DNA of 64,000 bases from an uncultured bacterium (GTDB lineage: Bacteria; Verrucomicrobiota; Kiritimatiellia; PWTM01). A model generated the notes under the pieces. It did no database searches and was not told where the DNA came from. It worked only from the letters and a program-made list of their open reading frames with translations. The stretch spans positions 4,762 to 68,761 of the forward strand of contig CALLFZ010000023.1 in the NCBI GenBank assembly GCA_938010045.1. Direction: 5' to 3'. The translations under genes were made by a program, and so were the position numbers. How positions within the stretch are numbered: the first letter of the stretch is position 1; every line of letters begins with the position of its first letter. Of the stretch, positions 18,020 to 28,288 are shown piece by piece.

Positions 18020-18723
18020 GTCCCTTTCCCTCCCGTCGGCCCCAGGGTCGCCGCTCGCTCGCGCCGCCGATGGACGATCCACGTCCCGCCCAGCACGAGC
18101 GCGACCAAGCCCGTCGCCAGACCGATCGAGAGGGGCGACGGACGGCGGATCGCATGCCCCCAAGCCGCGTACATCACCGACGAAGGGATCATACCAAGAC
18201 AACTGGCTGTCAGATAGGTGCTCGGGGGGATCCCCAGCGTGCCGGCGAGGATGTTCGTGGCGACGAAGTTGGAGAGCGGGAACGCCCGCAGCAGCACGAG
18301 AGCCGCGAACGCGTGGTCGCGCGGAATGTCGAGCCAGCGGCTGCGCCGGCGCTCGAGCAGCACGCGGCACCACGGCGCGAGCATCGAACGCGCCAGCGCA
18401 TAGTGCACCATCGCGCCCAAGGTCGAGGCGACATTCGCGAGCGCGGCACCGCACACCACGCCGTAGAGCAGCCCCGACACCACCGCCAGGGGCCAGCGGG
18501 GCAAAAGCAGCAGGGGCGTGACGATGCCGAGCGCGATCACGCCCACCGGCCCCCACCCGTTCAGCCGGCGGCCGAGTTCAACGAGGCGCTCGACCTGCCA
18601 CCACTCGCGGGCCGGCAGCACAAGGCTCGCGGCCAGGAGCAGCAAAGAGACAACCGCGAACCCCACCGCGCGCAGGATCAACGGCCGGTCCGTGGTCGCC
18701 CCGGCCTCCGCCCCTGCCTTCAC
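18007..18723 (-). CDS. TVP38/TMEM64 (VTT/DedA-like) membrane protein
   Basis: SGLLYG, STLGAMVHYALAR, LLRAFP, YLTASCLGMIP; multiple TM segments. Confidence 0.85.
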   Translation of the reverse strand: MKAGAEAGATTDRPLILRAVGFAVVSLLLLAASLVLPAREWWQVERLVELGRRLNGWGPVGVIALGIVTPLLLLPRWPLAVVSGLLYGVVCGAALANVASTLGAMVHYALARSMLAPWCRVLLERRRSRWLDIPRDHAFAALVLLRAFPLSNFVATNILAGTLGIPPSTYLTASCLGMIPSSVMYAAWGHAIRRPSPLSIGLATGLVALVLGGTWIVHRRRERAATLGPTGGKGTCPS

Positions 18724-18748
18724 GCGCGCGCTCCGCGATCGGCCGAGC

Positions 18749-20743
18749 TCAGACCATCTCGCGCGCCGCGGCGAGGATGTGCGCGCTCGTCATGCCGAAG
18801 AACTCGCCGACCGCCTTCGCAGGTCCCGACGCGCCAAACCGGCGGATGCCGAGAACGCGGCCGGTGAGCCCGACGTACCGGTCCCATCCGAGCGGTACGC
18901 CGGCCTCGACGGCCAGGCGCCGTTTGCAAGCCGGCGGGATCACGCGATGGCGATAGGATCGGGGCTGCCGCTCGAAGAGCTCCCAGGAGGCCAAGTTCAC
19001 CACTCGCACCGCACGGCCGTCTTCCTGCGCGAGCCGCCGAGCCGCCTCGAGGGTCGGCGCCACCTCGGAGCCGGTCGCGATCATCACCAGTTCGGGCTTC
19101 GCGTCGGGCCGGCTGTCCCAGAGCACATAGCCGCCCTTCGCGATCTCCGAAGCCGGCGGCAGGGTCGTGCGGTCGAGCACCGGTACCGCCTGGCGTGTGA
19201 GCAGCAGCGCGACAGGCCCCTCGCGGTGCCGCAACGCCACCGCCCACGCTGCGGCGGTCTCAGTGGCGTCGGCCGGCCGGATCACCACGAGGTTCGGGAT
19301 CGACCGCAGCGCCGCCATCTGTTCGATGGGCTGGTGCGTCGGGCCGTCCTCGCCCACAAAGATGCTGTCGTGTGTGAACACATAGATCACCGGCAGCTTC
19401 ATCATCGCCGCCAGTCGGATCGCGGGACGAGCGTAATCGCAGAACACCAGGAAGGTCGCCCCGTAGACCCGGAAGCCGCCGTGCAGCGCGATACCGTTCA
19501 TGATTGCCGCCATGCCGTGCTCGCGGACGCCAAAGTGGAAGTTGCGGCCCGCGAAGGAGCCGGGCGCGATGTCGCCGAGGCCGGGCAGGTAGGTGTTGTT
19601 GCTCGGCGCCAGATCGGCGGAACCGCCCACCAGCCATGGGACGCGCGGCGCGATCGCCTGCAGCGTCTTGCCCGAGGCGGCGCGCGTGGCGATCGGCTTG
19701 GCCGGGTCGAACGACGGCAACGCGGCCTCGAGGTCGGCCGGTAGCTCGCCCTTCATCGCGGCGGCCCACTGCTCGGCGAGCTCCGGATGGGCGCCCTTCC
19801 AGCGCCGGACGACGCGGCGCCAACGGTCATGGGCAGCCGCCATCTGCTCGCGGCGCGCCGCGAACATCGCGCGCACCTCGTCGGGCACGTAGAACTCACG
19901 GTCCGTCGGCAACCCGAGGTTCGCCTTCGCGGCGCGCACCTCGTCCGGCCCCAGTGGCGCACCGTGGGCTTCGTGCGAATCGCGCAGCTTCGGCGCGCCC
20001 TGCGCGATGTGCGTTCGCGTGATGATCACATGCGGCCGCTCCTCAGAGGCCAGCGCGCGCTCGATCGCGGCCTCGATCTGCGCAAAATCATGACCGTCAA
20101 TCTCCTGAACGTCCCAACCGTACGCCTCGAAACGGCGTCGCGCGTCATCGCTGCAGGCCAGATCGGTCGAGCCTTCGATCGTGATGCGGTTGGAGTCGTA
20201 GAACACGATCAGCCGTCCGAGCCGCAGATGGCCAGCGAGCGAAAAGACCTCGTGCGAGATGCCCTCCATCAGACACCCGTCGCCCGCGATCACCCACGTG
20301 CGGTGGTCCACCACCGGCGGCTCGCCGGCGACGTTGTAGCGCGCCGCCAGCATCCGCTCCGCGATCGCCATCCCCACCGCATTGCCGCTGCCCTGCCCGA
20401 GCGGTCCGGTCGTGGTCTCGACCCCGGGCGTCTCGCCGTACTCCGGGTGGCCCGGCGTGTGGCTGCCGAGCTGGCGGAACTGCTGGAGCTGCTCCATCGG
20501 CAGGTCATAGCCGGCCAGATGCAGCAGGCTGTAGATCAGCATTGAGCCATGCCCCGCCGAGAGCACGAACCGATCCCGGTCCGGCCACGAGGGATCGGCC
20601 GGATCGTGCTTCACATACTTCAGCCACAGCACCGCGGCGACGTCCGCCATGCCCATCGGCATCCCCGGATGGCCGGACTTCGCCGTTTCCACCGCGTCCA
20701 TCGCCAGTCCGCGAATCGTATTGGCCACCAGTTGCAGATTCAT
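18749..20743 (-). CDS. tkt: Transketolase
   Basis: SGHPGMPMG, RDRFVLSAGHGS, GVETTTGPLGQG, GDGCLMEG, HDSIFVGEDGPTHQP. Confidence 0.97.
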   Translation of the reverse strand: MNLQLVANTIRGLAMDAVETAKSGHPGMPMGMADVAAVLWLKYVKHDPADPSWPDRDRFVLSAGHGSMLIYSLLHLAGYDLPMEQLQQFRQLGSHTPGHPEYGETPGVETTTGPLGQGSGNAVGMAIAERMLAARYNVAGEPPVVDHRTWVIAGDGCLMEGISHEVFSLAGHLRLGRLIVFYDSNRITIEGSTDLACSDDARRRFEAYGWDVQEIDGHDFAQIEAAIERALASEERPHVIITRTHIAQGAPKLRDSHEAHGAPLGPDEVRAAKANLGLPTDREFYVPDEVRAMFAARREQMAAAHDRWRRVVRRWKGAHPELAEQWAAAMKGELPADLEAALPSFDPAKPIATRAASGKTLQAIAPRVPWLVGGSADLAPSNNTYLPGLGDIAPGSFAGRNFHFGVREHGMAAIMNGIALHGGFRVYGATFLVFCDYARPAIRLAAMMKLPVIYVFTHDSIFVGEDGPTHQPIEQMAALRSIPNLVVIRPADATETAAAWAVALRHREGPVALLLTRQAVPVLDRTTLPPASEIAKGGYVLWDSRPDAKPELVMIATGSEVAPTLEAARRLAQEDGRAVRVVNLASWELFERQPRSYRHRVIPPACKRRLAVEAGVPLGWDRYVGLTGRVLGIRRFGASGPAKAVGEFFGMTSAHILAAAREMV

Positions 20744-20862
20744 TGCGACCCTTTCGTTGCTTCCCACCGTCGTGGAGACGGTCGTTCACACTAAAGGATG
20801 AAGGCGACCGCTTCAACCGTTCGGGTCGGCGGTCTGCCGTCCGCGCGGCGGTTCCCGACGGT

Positions 20863-20907
20863 TCCAACGATTGGACGATCGTGCCCATCCGCCCTCCAAT
20901 CCTTGGA
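20863..20907. repeat. Pair of TCCAA-N3-TTGGA palindromes with starts 32 bp apart, in the tkt/TPR divergent intergenic region
   Basis: TCCAAcgaTTGGA at 20863-20875 and TCCAAtccTTGGA at 20895-20907. Confidence 0.6.
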
Positions 20908-21054
20908 CACCGCATCCCCTCTGGCTCGCGGAGCGAGAGCTCGGCCCTTGGGTGAGTGATGGCCCCGCTGGGCGCGGCCGCGCCGGCGTCATGTGCTTGC
21001 ATTTGCGAGGGGGTCGCGGCACGATGCAGCGCTCAGACAGCGAGGGCGATTCCG

Positions 21055-21888
21055 ATGACGGTTGTGCAGCAACCCACGCAGAAGACCGGTGCCGCCGGCG
21101 CCGCCACACCGGAGGAGGCCGTTCCGCTCGACTGGCCGACGCTCGTTCGCGAGTACGGACGGCCGGTGCTGCTCGGCGCGGCGATTGCGCTGGTGATCGT
21201 GGTCGCCGTCGGGGTCGTCCGCCAGCGTCGTCGTGCTGCGGAGGACGAGGCCGCGCGGCTGCTGACCAGCGGTCGCGCCGAGCAGATCGAGAAGCTCGTG
21301 GAAAAGTACGGCCGTACCTCGAGCGCGCCGATCGGTCAGCTCGCGCTGGCGCGCCTCGACTTTCACAACGGCCGCTACGAGGAGGCCGAACGGCGGTATG
21401 CGCAGTTCCTACGCGATCATCCGAAACATCCGATGGCGACCGTCGCAGAGGTCAACCGTGCGACCTGTCTGGAGGCGATGGGCCGGCTCGAGGAGGCGCT
21501 GAAGATCTTCGAGGCGGTGCGGGCGCGCGAACGCGGCTCCCTCCAGGGTTCGCTCGCGTTGCTCGGCCGCGCGCGTACCTACGAGCAGATGGGGCGCTAC
21601 ACGGAGGCGCGCCAGGCCTACGAGGAATACCTCGCGCTGCACCCCGAGGGTCCTTTCGCCGGCGTCGCCGAGGCGGGGCTGAAGGTGCTCGAACAGAAAC
21701 GGCGCGCGGCTCAGAAGCTGGTCGAAACCGGTCTGCCGGGCTCCGGGGCAGGAGCCCCGATGACCGCCACGCCCACGCCGGCGCTCCCCGCCACTACGCC
21801 AACGCCCGCCGTCCAGGCCGAGACTCCGGGCGCTTCGACCAGCGGGGGTGCGCCCATGACGCCCGCCGCGCCCGCCGCCGCGCCCTGA
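21055..21888 (+). CDS. Membrane-anchored tetratricopeptide repeat protein (YfgM-like) with Pro/Ala/Thr-rich tail
   Basis: TM helix after YGRP; KLVEKYGRTSSA; repeated TPR-like helices (YEEAERRYAQFLRDHP, YTEARQAYEEYLALHP). Confidence 0.8.
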   Translation: MTVVQQPTQKTGAAGAATPEEAVPLDWPTLVREYGRPVLLGAAIALVIVVAVGVVRQRRRAAEDEAARLLTSGRAEQIEKLVEKYGRTSSAPIGQLALARLDFHNGRYEEAERRYAQFLRDHPKHPMATVAEVNRATCLEAMGRLEEALKIFEAVRARERGSLQGSLALLGRARTYEQMGRYTEARQAYEEYLALHPEGPFAGVAEAGLKVLEQKRRAAQKLVETGLPGSGAGAPMTATPTPALPATTPTPAVQAETPGASTSGGAPMTPAAPAAAP

Positions 21889-21955
21889 TGGCCGCGCCGG
21901 GTGGGTTGACTTCACCGCGGCCCGCCCGATGATGGCCGCGCCGACATTGTCGCCA

Positions 21956-22690
21956 ATGGACGAGCCCATCTCCATTCCCGAACGCGTCGCGCGGGTTCGC
22001 GACCGCATCGCGCGCGCCTGCGCCGCGGCCGGTCGGCGGCCGGAGGAGGTCACACTCGTCGCGGTGGCGAAAACGCACCCTCCGGAGGCCGTCGCCGAGG
22101 CCGCCGCGGCCGGGGTGCGCGTCTTCGGCGAGAACCGCGTCCAGGAGGCGGCCGCGAAAATTCCGCTTTGCCCGCCACACCTCGAGTGGCATCTGGTCGG
22201 CCACCTGCAGTCGAACAAGGTCCGGCCGGCCCTGCGCCTCTTCACGACGCTGCACTCGATCGACTCTGTTCCGCTGCTGCGCCGGGTGGACCAGATTGCC
22301 GCGGAGGAGGGGCGCCGGATCCGCGTGTTGCTCGAGGTCAACGTGGCGGGCGAGCGCTCGAAGTTCGGTTTTGCGCCCGAGGCGGTTCCGGAAGCCATCG
22401 CCGAGGCGAACCGGCTCCCACGCCTCGAGCTGATCGGTCTGATGACGGTGCCGCCGATCTGCCGGAACCCGGAGGACGTGCGGCCGTTCTTCCGCGCGCT
22501 GCGAGAGCTGCGCGATCGCTGTGCGGACCGTCTTACCACACCGCTGCCAGAGCTTTCGATGGGCATGTCGGCCGACTTCGAGATCGCGATCGCCGAAGGG
22601 GCGACGATGATTCGCGTCGGCACCGATGTGTTCGGCCCGCGTTCGTCGCCGTGGCGACGGCCGGCCGAGCAGACGCCCGCGGCAGACTGA
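21956..22690 (+). CDS. yggS: Pyridoxal phosphate homeostasis protein (YggS/PLPBP)
   Basis: LVAVAKT, FGENRVQE, WHLVGHLQSNK, LSMGMSADFEIAIAEGATMIRVGT. Confidence 0.96.
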   Translation: MDEPISIPERVARVRDRIARACAAAGRRPEEVTLVAVAKTHPPEAVAEAAAAGVRVFGENRVQEAAAKIPLCPPHLEWHLVGHLQSNKVRPALRLFTTLHSIDSVPLLRRVDQIAAEEGRRIRVLLEVNVAGERSKFGFAPEAVPEAIAEANRLPRLELIGLMTVPPICRNPEDVRPFFRALRELRDRCADRLTTPLPELSMGMSADFEIAIAEGATMIRVGTDVFGPRSSPWRRPAEQTPAAD

Positions 22691-22715
22691 GCGGGGGCGC
22701 CCGGGAGTACGAATC

Positions 22716-23531
22716 ATGAGCGAGCCTGTCACGATGGCCTGGATTGGCGCAGGGAACATGGCCGAGGCGCTGATTCGCGCTCTGGTGCGCGCGGGGTGGT
22801 CGCCTTCCTCGATGCGCGTCAGCGACGTGCGCGCCGAGCGGCTGGAGTGGTGCGCGCGCGAGCTGGGGGTGGTGGCGGCGGCCGACAATGCCGCGGCGGC
22901 GCGGGGTGCGGATCTCGTGGTGCTCGCGGTGAAGCCGCAGACGATGGCCGCCGCGCTGGACTCGCTGCGCGGCGAGATCGGCGAGACGGCGACGGTGCTC
23001 AGCATTGTGGCCGGAGTGCCGACCGCGCGCATCGAGGCGGCGCTGGGGGGGCGCCCGCGCGTAGTCCGCGCGATGCCGAACACGCCGGCGCTGGTGGGGG
23101 CGGGTGCTTCGGCGGTGTGTGCGGGCCGATGGGCGGACGATGGCGATCTAGCGCGCGCGGAGACGACGCTGCGAGCGGCCGGCCGGGTCGAGCGCGTCCC
23201 CGAGAGCCTCATGGACGCCGTCACCGCCATCAGCGGGAGCGGTCCGGCCTATGTATTGTTGTTGATCGAACTCATGATCGAATCGGCCGTGCGGTTTGGT
23301 CTGACGCCGGACGTGGCGCGGCGTTTGGTGCTGGCAACGGTCGCCGGATCGGCGCGGCTCTTGGAAGCAACCGATCTCGATCCGCGCGAGGCGCGCCGGC
23401 GCGTGACCTCGGAGAAGGGCACGACCGACGCCGCGATTCGCGAGCTCGAACGGCACGGCGTGCCGGCGGCGTTTGCCTCCGCGTTCGACGCGGCTCGCCG
23501 GCGCGCGGCTGAACTCGCGGCGGGGGCGTGA
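22716..23531 (+). CDS. proC: Pyrroline-5-carboxylate reductase
   Basis: IGAGNMAEA, LAVKPQ, RAMPNTP, SGSGPAY, VTSEKGTT. Confidence 0.96.
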   Translation: MSEPVTMAWIGAGNMAEALIRALVRAGWSPSSMRVSDVRAERLEWCARELGVVAAADNAAAARGADLVVLAVKPQTMAAALDSLRGEIGETATVLSIVAGVPTARIEAALGGRPRVVRAMPNTPALVGAGASAVCAGRWADDGDLARAETTLRAAGRVERVPESLMDAVTAISGSGPAYVLLLIELMIESAVRFGLTPDVARRLVLATVAGSARLLEATDLDPREARRRVTSEKGTTDAAIRELERHGVPAAFASAFDAARRRAAELAAGA

Positions 23532-23535
23532 GGCG

Positions 23536-24285
23536 GTGCCGCGGCAGATTCGGTACGACGAGGACGAAGGCGCGGCGGGCGGCCGTCGTCGTTGGGTTCG
23601 GGGCATCCGCGGGTGTTTGTTCTTCGGCTCGCTGGTGGTCGCGATTCTCTATGTCTCGCTCCTGATCGTGGCCACCACCGAGGGCATCCGCGCGCACGTT
23701 GCCGATGAGCTGTCCTCGCGGTTGGGCGTGACGATCGCGGTGGGGGCGACGTGGATGCGCCCGCCCTGCACACTGGTGGCGCGGAACGTCGCAAGCACGG
23801 GCGCCACCGAGCGGGCGGCCGTCAACATCCGCGCCGATCGGCTGTTGTTCGTATGGGGCTGGCCGCGGTGGGGCGAGCCACCGCTGCGACGCGTCGAGAT
23901 CTCCGGCGGCGGGGCGCTCTGGCGGACCGAGGTGACCGGTGCAGTCGCGACGGGCGACTGGGCCCGGATCGAACGGGTGCTCGCGCTGGCCTTCGGCGGG
24001 ACACCGGCGGCGCCGGACGCCGAGCTGCCGGTGGCACTGCGATGGCGCGCCGAGCGGTTCGAGGCGGTCGGCGGCGACCCAGCGTCGGCCTTCACCGCCG
24101 AGATCGCCGAGGTGCGCTGGACCCCGCTGCGGGTGGAGGGTCGCCGGTTCGTCCATCTGATCGGCTCGGCCCGCTCGCTGCATGGTGCTGCCGCGACGTC
24201 GCCCGTTCCATGGGACGTGGAAATGATTCTCGCCGGGGATCGCCGGCTGGATCTGCGAGGACCGGGGGCCAGGGGCGGACCATGA
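23536..24285 (+). CDS. Hypothetical membrane-anchored protein
   Basis: Single N-terminal TM helix; fills the proC-bioF gap; stop overlaps the bioF ATG. Confidence 0.7.
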   Translation: MPRQIRYDEDEGAAGGRRRWVRGIRGCLFFGSLVVAILYVSLLIVATTEGIRAHVADELSSRLGVTIAVGATWMRPPCTLVARNVASTGATERAAVNIRADRLLFVWGWPRWGEPPLRRVEISGGGALWRTEVTGAVATGDWARIERVLALAFGGTPAAPDAELPVALRWRAERFEAVGGDPASAFTAEIAEVRWTPLRVEGRRFVHLIGSARSLHGAAATSPVPWDVEMILAGDRRLDLRGPGARGGP

Positions 24286-25442
24286 GCCACCCGCTCGAGT
24301 GGATCAACAGCGAGCTCGCGCGGCTGGAGGCGCGCGGCCGACGGCGTTGGCTGCGGGAGTTCGCCGCAGAGGCGGCCGCCGATTCCAATCGGCTGAACTT
24401 TTCTTCGAACGACTACCTGGGTCTGGCACGGCATCCGGCGGTGATCGAGGCCGCCGTGGCCGCGGCGCGGGAGTGGGGGGTGGGTGCGACCGCTTCGCCA
24501 CACTTGTGCGGACGCCGTCCGGTGCACGCCGAGCTCGAACGGCGCCTGGCCAAGTTCAACGGCGCCGAGGCGGCGTTGGTGTTCCCCTCCGGCTACGCCG
24601 CGAACGTGGGCGCGATTTCAGCGCTCGTCGGACGCGGCGACACCGTCTTCGCGGACCGTCTCGCGCATGCGAGCCTGCTCGACGGGGCGCGGCTCTCCGG
24701 CGCCACGCTCCGGCGCTTCCGCCACAACGATGTGAACCACCTTGAGGAGATGCTACGCACGTCGCCGGCCAGCGGCCGTCGGCTGGTGGTGACCGAGTCG
24801 GTGTTTTCGATGGACGGCGATTTCGCTCCCTTGGCCGAGGTGGCGCGATGCGCAGCGGAGCACGGCGCCGCGCTGTATGTGGATGAGGCGCACGCGCTCG
24901 GCGTGTACGGGCCGGGTGGGGCGGGCCTGCTCGCAGAGGCCGGCGTGCGGGGGGGCGGTGTCGTGGCGATCGGCACGCTCAGCAAGGCGCTTGGTTCCCA
25001 GGGCGGGTTGATCGCGGGCACGGCGGACCTGCGCGAATGGCTCGTGCAGTCGGCTCGTTCACTCATGTACTCGACCGGTCTCTCGCCGATCGCCGCGGCC
25101 GCGGCGCTGGCGGCGCTCGACGTGCTCGCGCGCGAGCCGGACCGTCCCGCCCGGCTGCGTCATCTCGCTGCCCAATTCCGCCGGCGCCTGCGCGAGTTGG
25201 GCGTCGCGGTGGCCGATGGCGATTGCCCGATCGTGCCGGTCATCCTCGGCGACGACCCGCGGGCGATGGAAGCTGCGGCACGCCTGCGTGAGGAGGGAAT
25301 CCTGGCCGTCGCGATCCGGCCGCCGACGGTCCCCGAGGGCGCCGCGCGCATACGGTTCACGGTCACGCTCAACCTCTCGCCAGAACAGGTCGAAACCGCC
25401 GCCCGCCGTGTGGCGCGGCTGGTCGGACCGCTCGGGGTATGA
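24282..25442 (+). CDS. bioF: 8-amino-7-oxononanoate synthase
   Basis: NFSSNDYLGL, SGYAAN, HASLLDG, FRHND, ESVFSMDGD, VDEAHA, GTLSKALG, IRPPTVP. Confidence 0.95.
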   Translation: MSHPLEWINSELARLEARGRRRWLREFAAEAAADSNRLNFSSNDYLGLARHPAVIEAAVAAAREWGVGATASPHLCGRRPVHAELERRLAKFNGAEAALVFPSGYAANVGAISALVGRGDTVFADRLAHASLLDGARLSGATLRRFRHNDVNHLEEMLRTSPASGRRLVVTESVFSMDGDFAPLAEVARCAAEHGAALYVDEAHALGVYGPGGAGLLAEAGVRGGGVVAIGTLSKALGSQGGLIAGTADLREWLVQSARSLMYSTGLSPIAAAAALAALDVLAREPDRPARLRHLAAQFRRRLRELGVAVADGDCPIVPVILGDDPRAMEAAARLREEGILAVAIRPPTVPEGAARIRFTVTLNLSPEQVETAARRVARLVGPLGV

Positions 25443-26149
25443 ACGAAGTCTGGCTGATCGGCGGTTGGTCCATCCCCCGTGGTTGGTGGAGTCCCGTGGT
25501 GGACGCGCTGCGGCCGACCGGCCTCAATGTGCGGGTGCTCGAACTGGACGAGCTGGCCGAGCACGCCGGACCGTGGGCCGATGCGCTGGCGGCCCAGCTC
25601 GCCTCCGCGCCCACCCCCCCGCGGCTCGTCGGCTGGTCCATGGGGGCGATGATGGCGCTCGACGTGCTGACGCGGCCCCGGGCGCCGGCGACGGCTGGAC
25701 TTCTGGTCCTCGCGGGCACACTGCGATTCTGCCGGGCGCCCGACTGGCCGTTCGGGCCTCCGGAGGCCGCCGTCCGTGCGCTGCGGCGCGCCGTCCTGCG
25801 CGATGCCGCAACCGCGCTGGCGACGTTCCATCGCCAGGTTCGCGCGCCCTCCGCCGGCGGCGACGACACTCCGCAGATGGATCGCCCCCCCAACCCGCTT
25901 CGCCTCGCCGCTGCGCTCGATTGGTTGAGGAGTCTCGACCTGCGCGGACGGTCGCCGCCGGCGTGTCCTGTGCGGTGGGTGCACGGCGAATGCGACGCCG
26001 TGATCCCCGTCGAGGCGGGCATCGAAAGCGCGCGCCGGCTCGGACTGGCCGCCGAAGTTCTTCCCGGCGTGGGTCACAATGTGCCCGGCGCGTGTGGCGC
26101 GCGAATTCGCGATGTGTTAACCTCAGGTTTTGAAGAGTCGCGGATGTGA
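25439..26149 (+). CDS. bioH: Pimeloyl-ACP methyl ester esterase-like alpha/beta hydrolase
   Basis: GWSMG nucleophile elbow, HGECDAVIP, GH; lies between bioF and bioC with overlaps. Confidence 0.75.
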   Translation: MNEVWLIGGWSIPRGWWSPVVDALRPTGLNVRVLELDELAEHAGPWADALAAQLASAPTPPRLVGWSMGAMMALDVLTRPRAPATAGLLVLAGTLRFCRAPDWPFGPPEAAVRALRRAVLRDAATALATFHRQVRAPSAGGDDTPQMDRPPNPLRLAAALDWLRSLDLRGRSPPACPVRWVHGECDAVIPVEAGIESARRLGLAAEVLPGVGHNVPGACGARIRDVLTSGFEESRM

Positions 26150-26946
26150 GCGACGCCGTCCGACATCTCCGCAGCACGCACGCGCGCTTCAACCGGAGCG
26201 CGGCTCAGTATGATCTCGAGGCCGAGGTGCAGCGCGAGACGGCCGTGCGGCTCGTCGAACGGCTCGTGGACAGCGAGGAGCCGTTCCGAATTCTCGATGC
26301 CGGCTGCGGCAGTGGCATCCTCACGCGGCTGCTCCTCGAGCGGTTCCCGCGCTCGCGCGTGGACGCCTTCGACATCTCCGAGGCGATGCTCGACACTGCC
26401 CGCGCCAGCATTTCGGCGCCGTGCGTGCGATGGATGCAGAGCGAGTTTGCGCTCTATCGTCCGGCCCTCCCGTACCGGCTGGTCGTCAGCAACGCATCGT
26501 TGCACTGGGCACCATCGCTCACAGACGCGGTCGGTAACCTCGCCGACTGCCTGGCCACGGGCGGTTGCCTCGCCATTTCGTTGATGGTGCAGGGCACGCT
26601 GCGGGAGCTGCGCGAGTCGTTGGCGCGCGTTGCACCGGCGAAGGCCGACGTGGGGCCGATGCCGACGCTCGCGGAGCTACGGCTCATCGTGGATCAGCTC
26701 GGTCTGCGCCGCGTCGCGGACGGCGAGTACACGATCCGCCGGCGCTACCCTTCCGCGGCGGCCCTGCTGCGCGGACTCCACGACCAGGGACTCACCGGTG
26801 GCCTCCGCTACCGCCCCTCCGCGCCGCTGGTTCGCGGCGAGCTGGCGGCGCTGATCGCCGAGTACGACCGCGCCCACGCGGCGCCGGAGGGCGGTGTCGT
26901 CGCGACCTACGCGGTCGCCTGGCTGCTCGCCCGGCGTCTCGATTGA
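26146..26946 (+). CDS. bioC: Malonyl-ACP O-methyltransferase
   Basis: FNRSAAQYD...VQRE, ILDAGCGSG, SNASLHW, GTLRELRES. Confidence 0.88.
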   Translation: MSDAVRHLRSTHARFNRSAAQYDLEAEVQRETAVRLVERLVDSEEPFRILDAGCGSGILTRLLLERFPRSRVDAFDISEAMLDTARASISAPCVRWMQSEFALYRPALPYRLVVSNASLHWAPSLTDAVGNLADCLATGGCLAISLMVQGTLRELRESLARVAPAKADVGPMPTLAELRLIVDQLGLRRVADGEYTIRRRYPSAAALLRGLHDQGLTGGLRYRPSAPLVRGELAALIAEYDRAHAAPEGGVVATYAVAWLLARRLD

Positions 26947-27246
26947 GGTCTCCCCGCCGCCATCGCGCGGTCGATCGCGGCGTGGCGCTCGGCTGGGCCA
27001 GAGCGTGAGGAGGACGGCCGACGCGGATCGCCCCTCCGCCGGGGTTGAGATTCGGATGTGGCGGCCAGACACCCCGTGCGCGGTGGCGGTCCGCCGAGGG
27101 TGCGCACAACCCGCTCAATCGGCCGGCGGCGCGGCGCTGATCGAATCGCATGTGCGGCGTGGTCCGCGCGCGTGGCCGCGGTGATCTGGACTCGTATCGC
27201 GGCGCTTTAGTATAAGTGGGGAGATTTCGCGTCTAGGAGAGTGCGA

Positions 27247-28272
27247 ATGACCACGCAAGCGACCCTGACCCACGAGGACCTTCGCCGTGCCGAGGAACTG
27301 CGCGACGCGTACCGCCGCATCACCGCCGAGCTGGCGCGCTTCATCGTTGGACAAGAGGAAGTGATCGAGCAGCTCGTGATCGCGATCCTCGCGCGCGGCC
27401 ACTGTTTGCTCGAGGGCGTGCCGGGGCTCGCCAAGACGATGATGATCCGCGGGCTCGCGCGCACGATGGACCTTTCGTTTCGCCGCATCCAGTTTACGCC
27501 CGATCTCATGCCCGCCGACATCACCGGCACCGACATCATCCAGGAGGAACCCGGCGGCCGACGTCAGTTGGTGTTTCAGCCCGGCCCGATCTTCGCGCAG
27601 ATGATCCTCGCCGATGAAATCAACCGCACACCGCCGAAGACGCAGGCCGCGCTGCTCGAGGCGATGCAGGAACACTCGGTCACGGTGGGCAACCGCACCT
27701 GGCCGCTGCAGGAGCCGTTCTTCGTGCTCGCGACGCAGAATCCGATCGAGCAGGAAGGCACCTACCCGCTACCCGAGGCGCAGCGCGACCGCTTCATGTT
27801 CCACGTCGGCGTGGACTACCCGACGCGCGACCAGGAGCGCGAGATTATCGCGCGCACGACAGGCCTCTACGAGGCTGAGCTGCGGCCGGTGATCGGCGGC
27901 GAGCAGATCCTCGCCTGCCAGCGCATCGTGCGCGCGGTGCCGGTGCCGGATCACGTCACGGAATACGTGCTGGACCTCGTGCGGCGGTGCCGGCCAAAGG
28001 CGCCCGATGCGTTCCCGTTCCTGCGCGACCTGGTCGAGTGGGGGCCGGGTCCGCGCGCGGCGCAGGTGCTGATCATGGGCGCGAAGGTGCGGGCGATCCT
28101 GCGCGGCCGCCATCACGCGACGATCGCCGACGTCGTCGCGCTGGCGCGCCCGGCGCTACGGCACCGCATCGTGCCGACTTTCAACGCGGAGGCCGAGGGC
28201 ATCACACCGGTGCAAATCGTCGAGCGCGCGCTCGCGGAGCTGCCGGCGGCCGAGCCCGAACCTGCGGTTTGA
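27247..28272 (+). CDS. moxR: MoxR-family AAA+ ATPase
   Basis: [70 protein letters not shown]. Confidence 0.96.
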   Translation: MTTQATLTHEDLRRAEELRDAYRRITAELARFIVGQEEVIEQLVIAILARGHCLLEGVPGLAKTMMIRGLARTMDLSFRRIQFTPDLMPADITGTDIIQEEPGGRRQLVFQPGPIFAQMILADEINRTPPKTQAALLEAMQEHSVTVGNRTWPLQEPFFVLATQNPIEQEGTYPLPEAQRDRFMFHVGVDYPTRDQEREIIARTTGLYEAELRPVIGGEQILACQRIVRAVPVPDHVTEYVLDLVRRCRPKAPDAFPFLRDLVEWGPGPRAAQVLIMGAKVRAILRGRHHATIADVVALARPALRHRIVPTFNAEAEGITPVQIVERALAELPAAEPEPAV

Positions 28273-28288
28273 TCGCGGAGTGCGGCCC

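Noticed and set aside
21956-23531. yggS-proC adjacency as a novelty
   Set aside because: Well-known conserved gene pair
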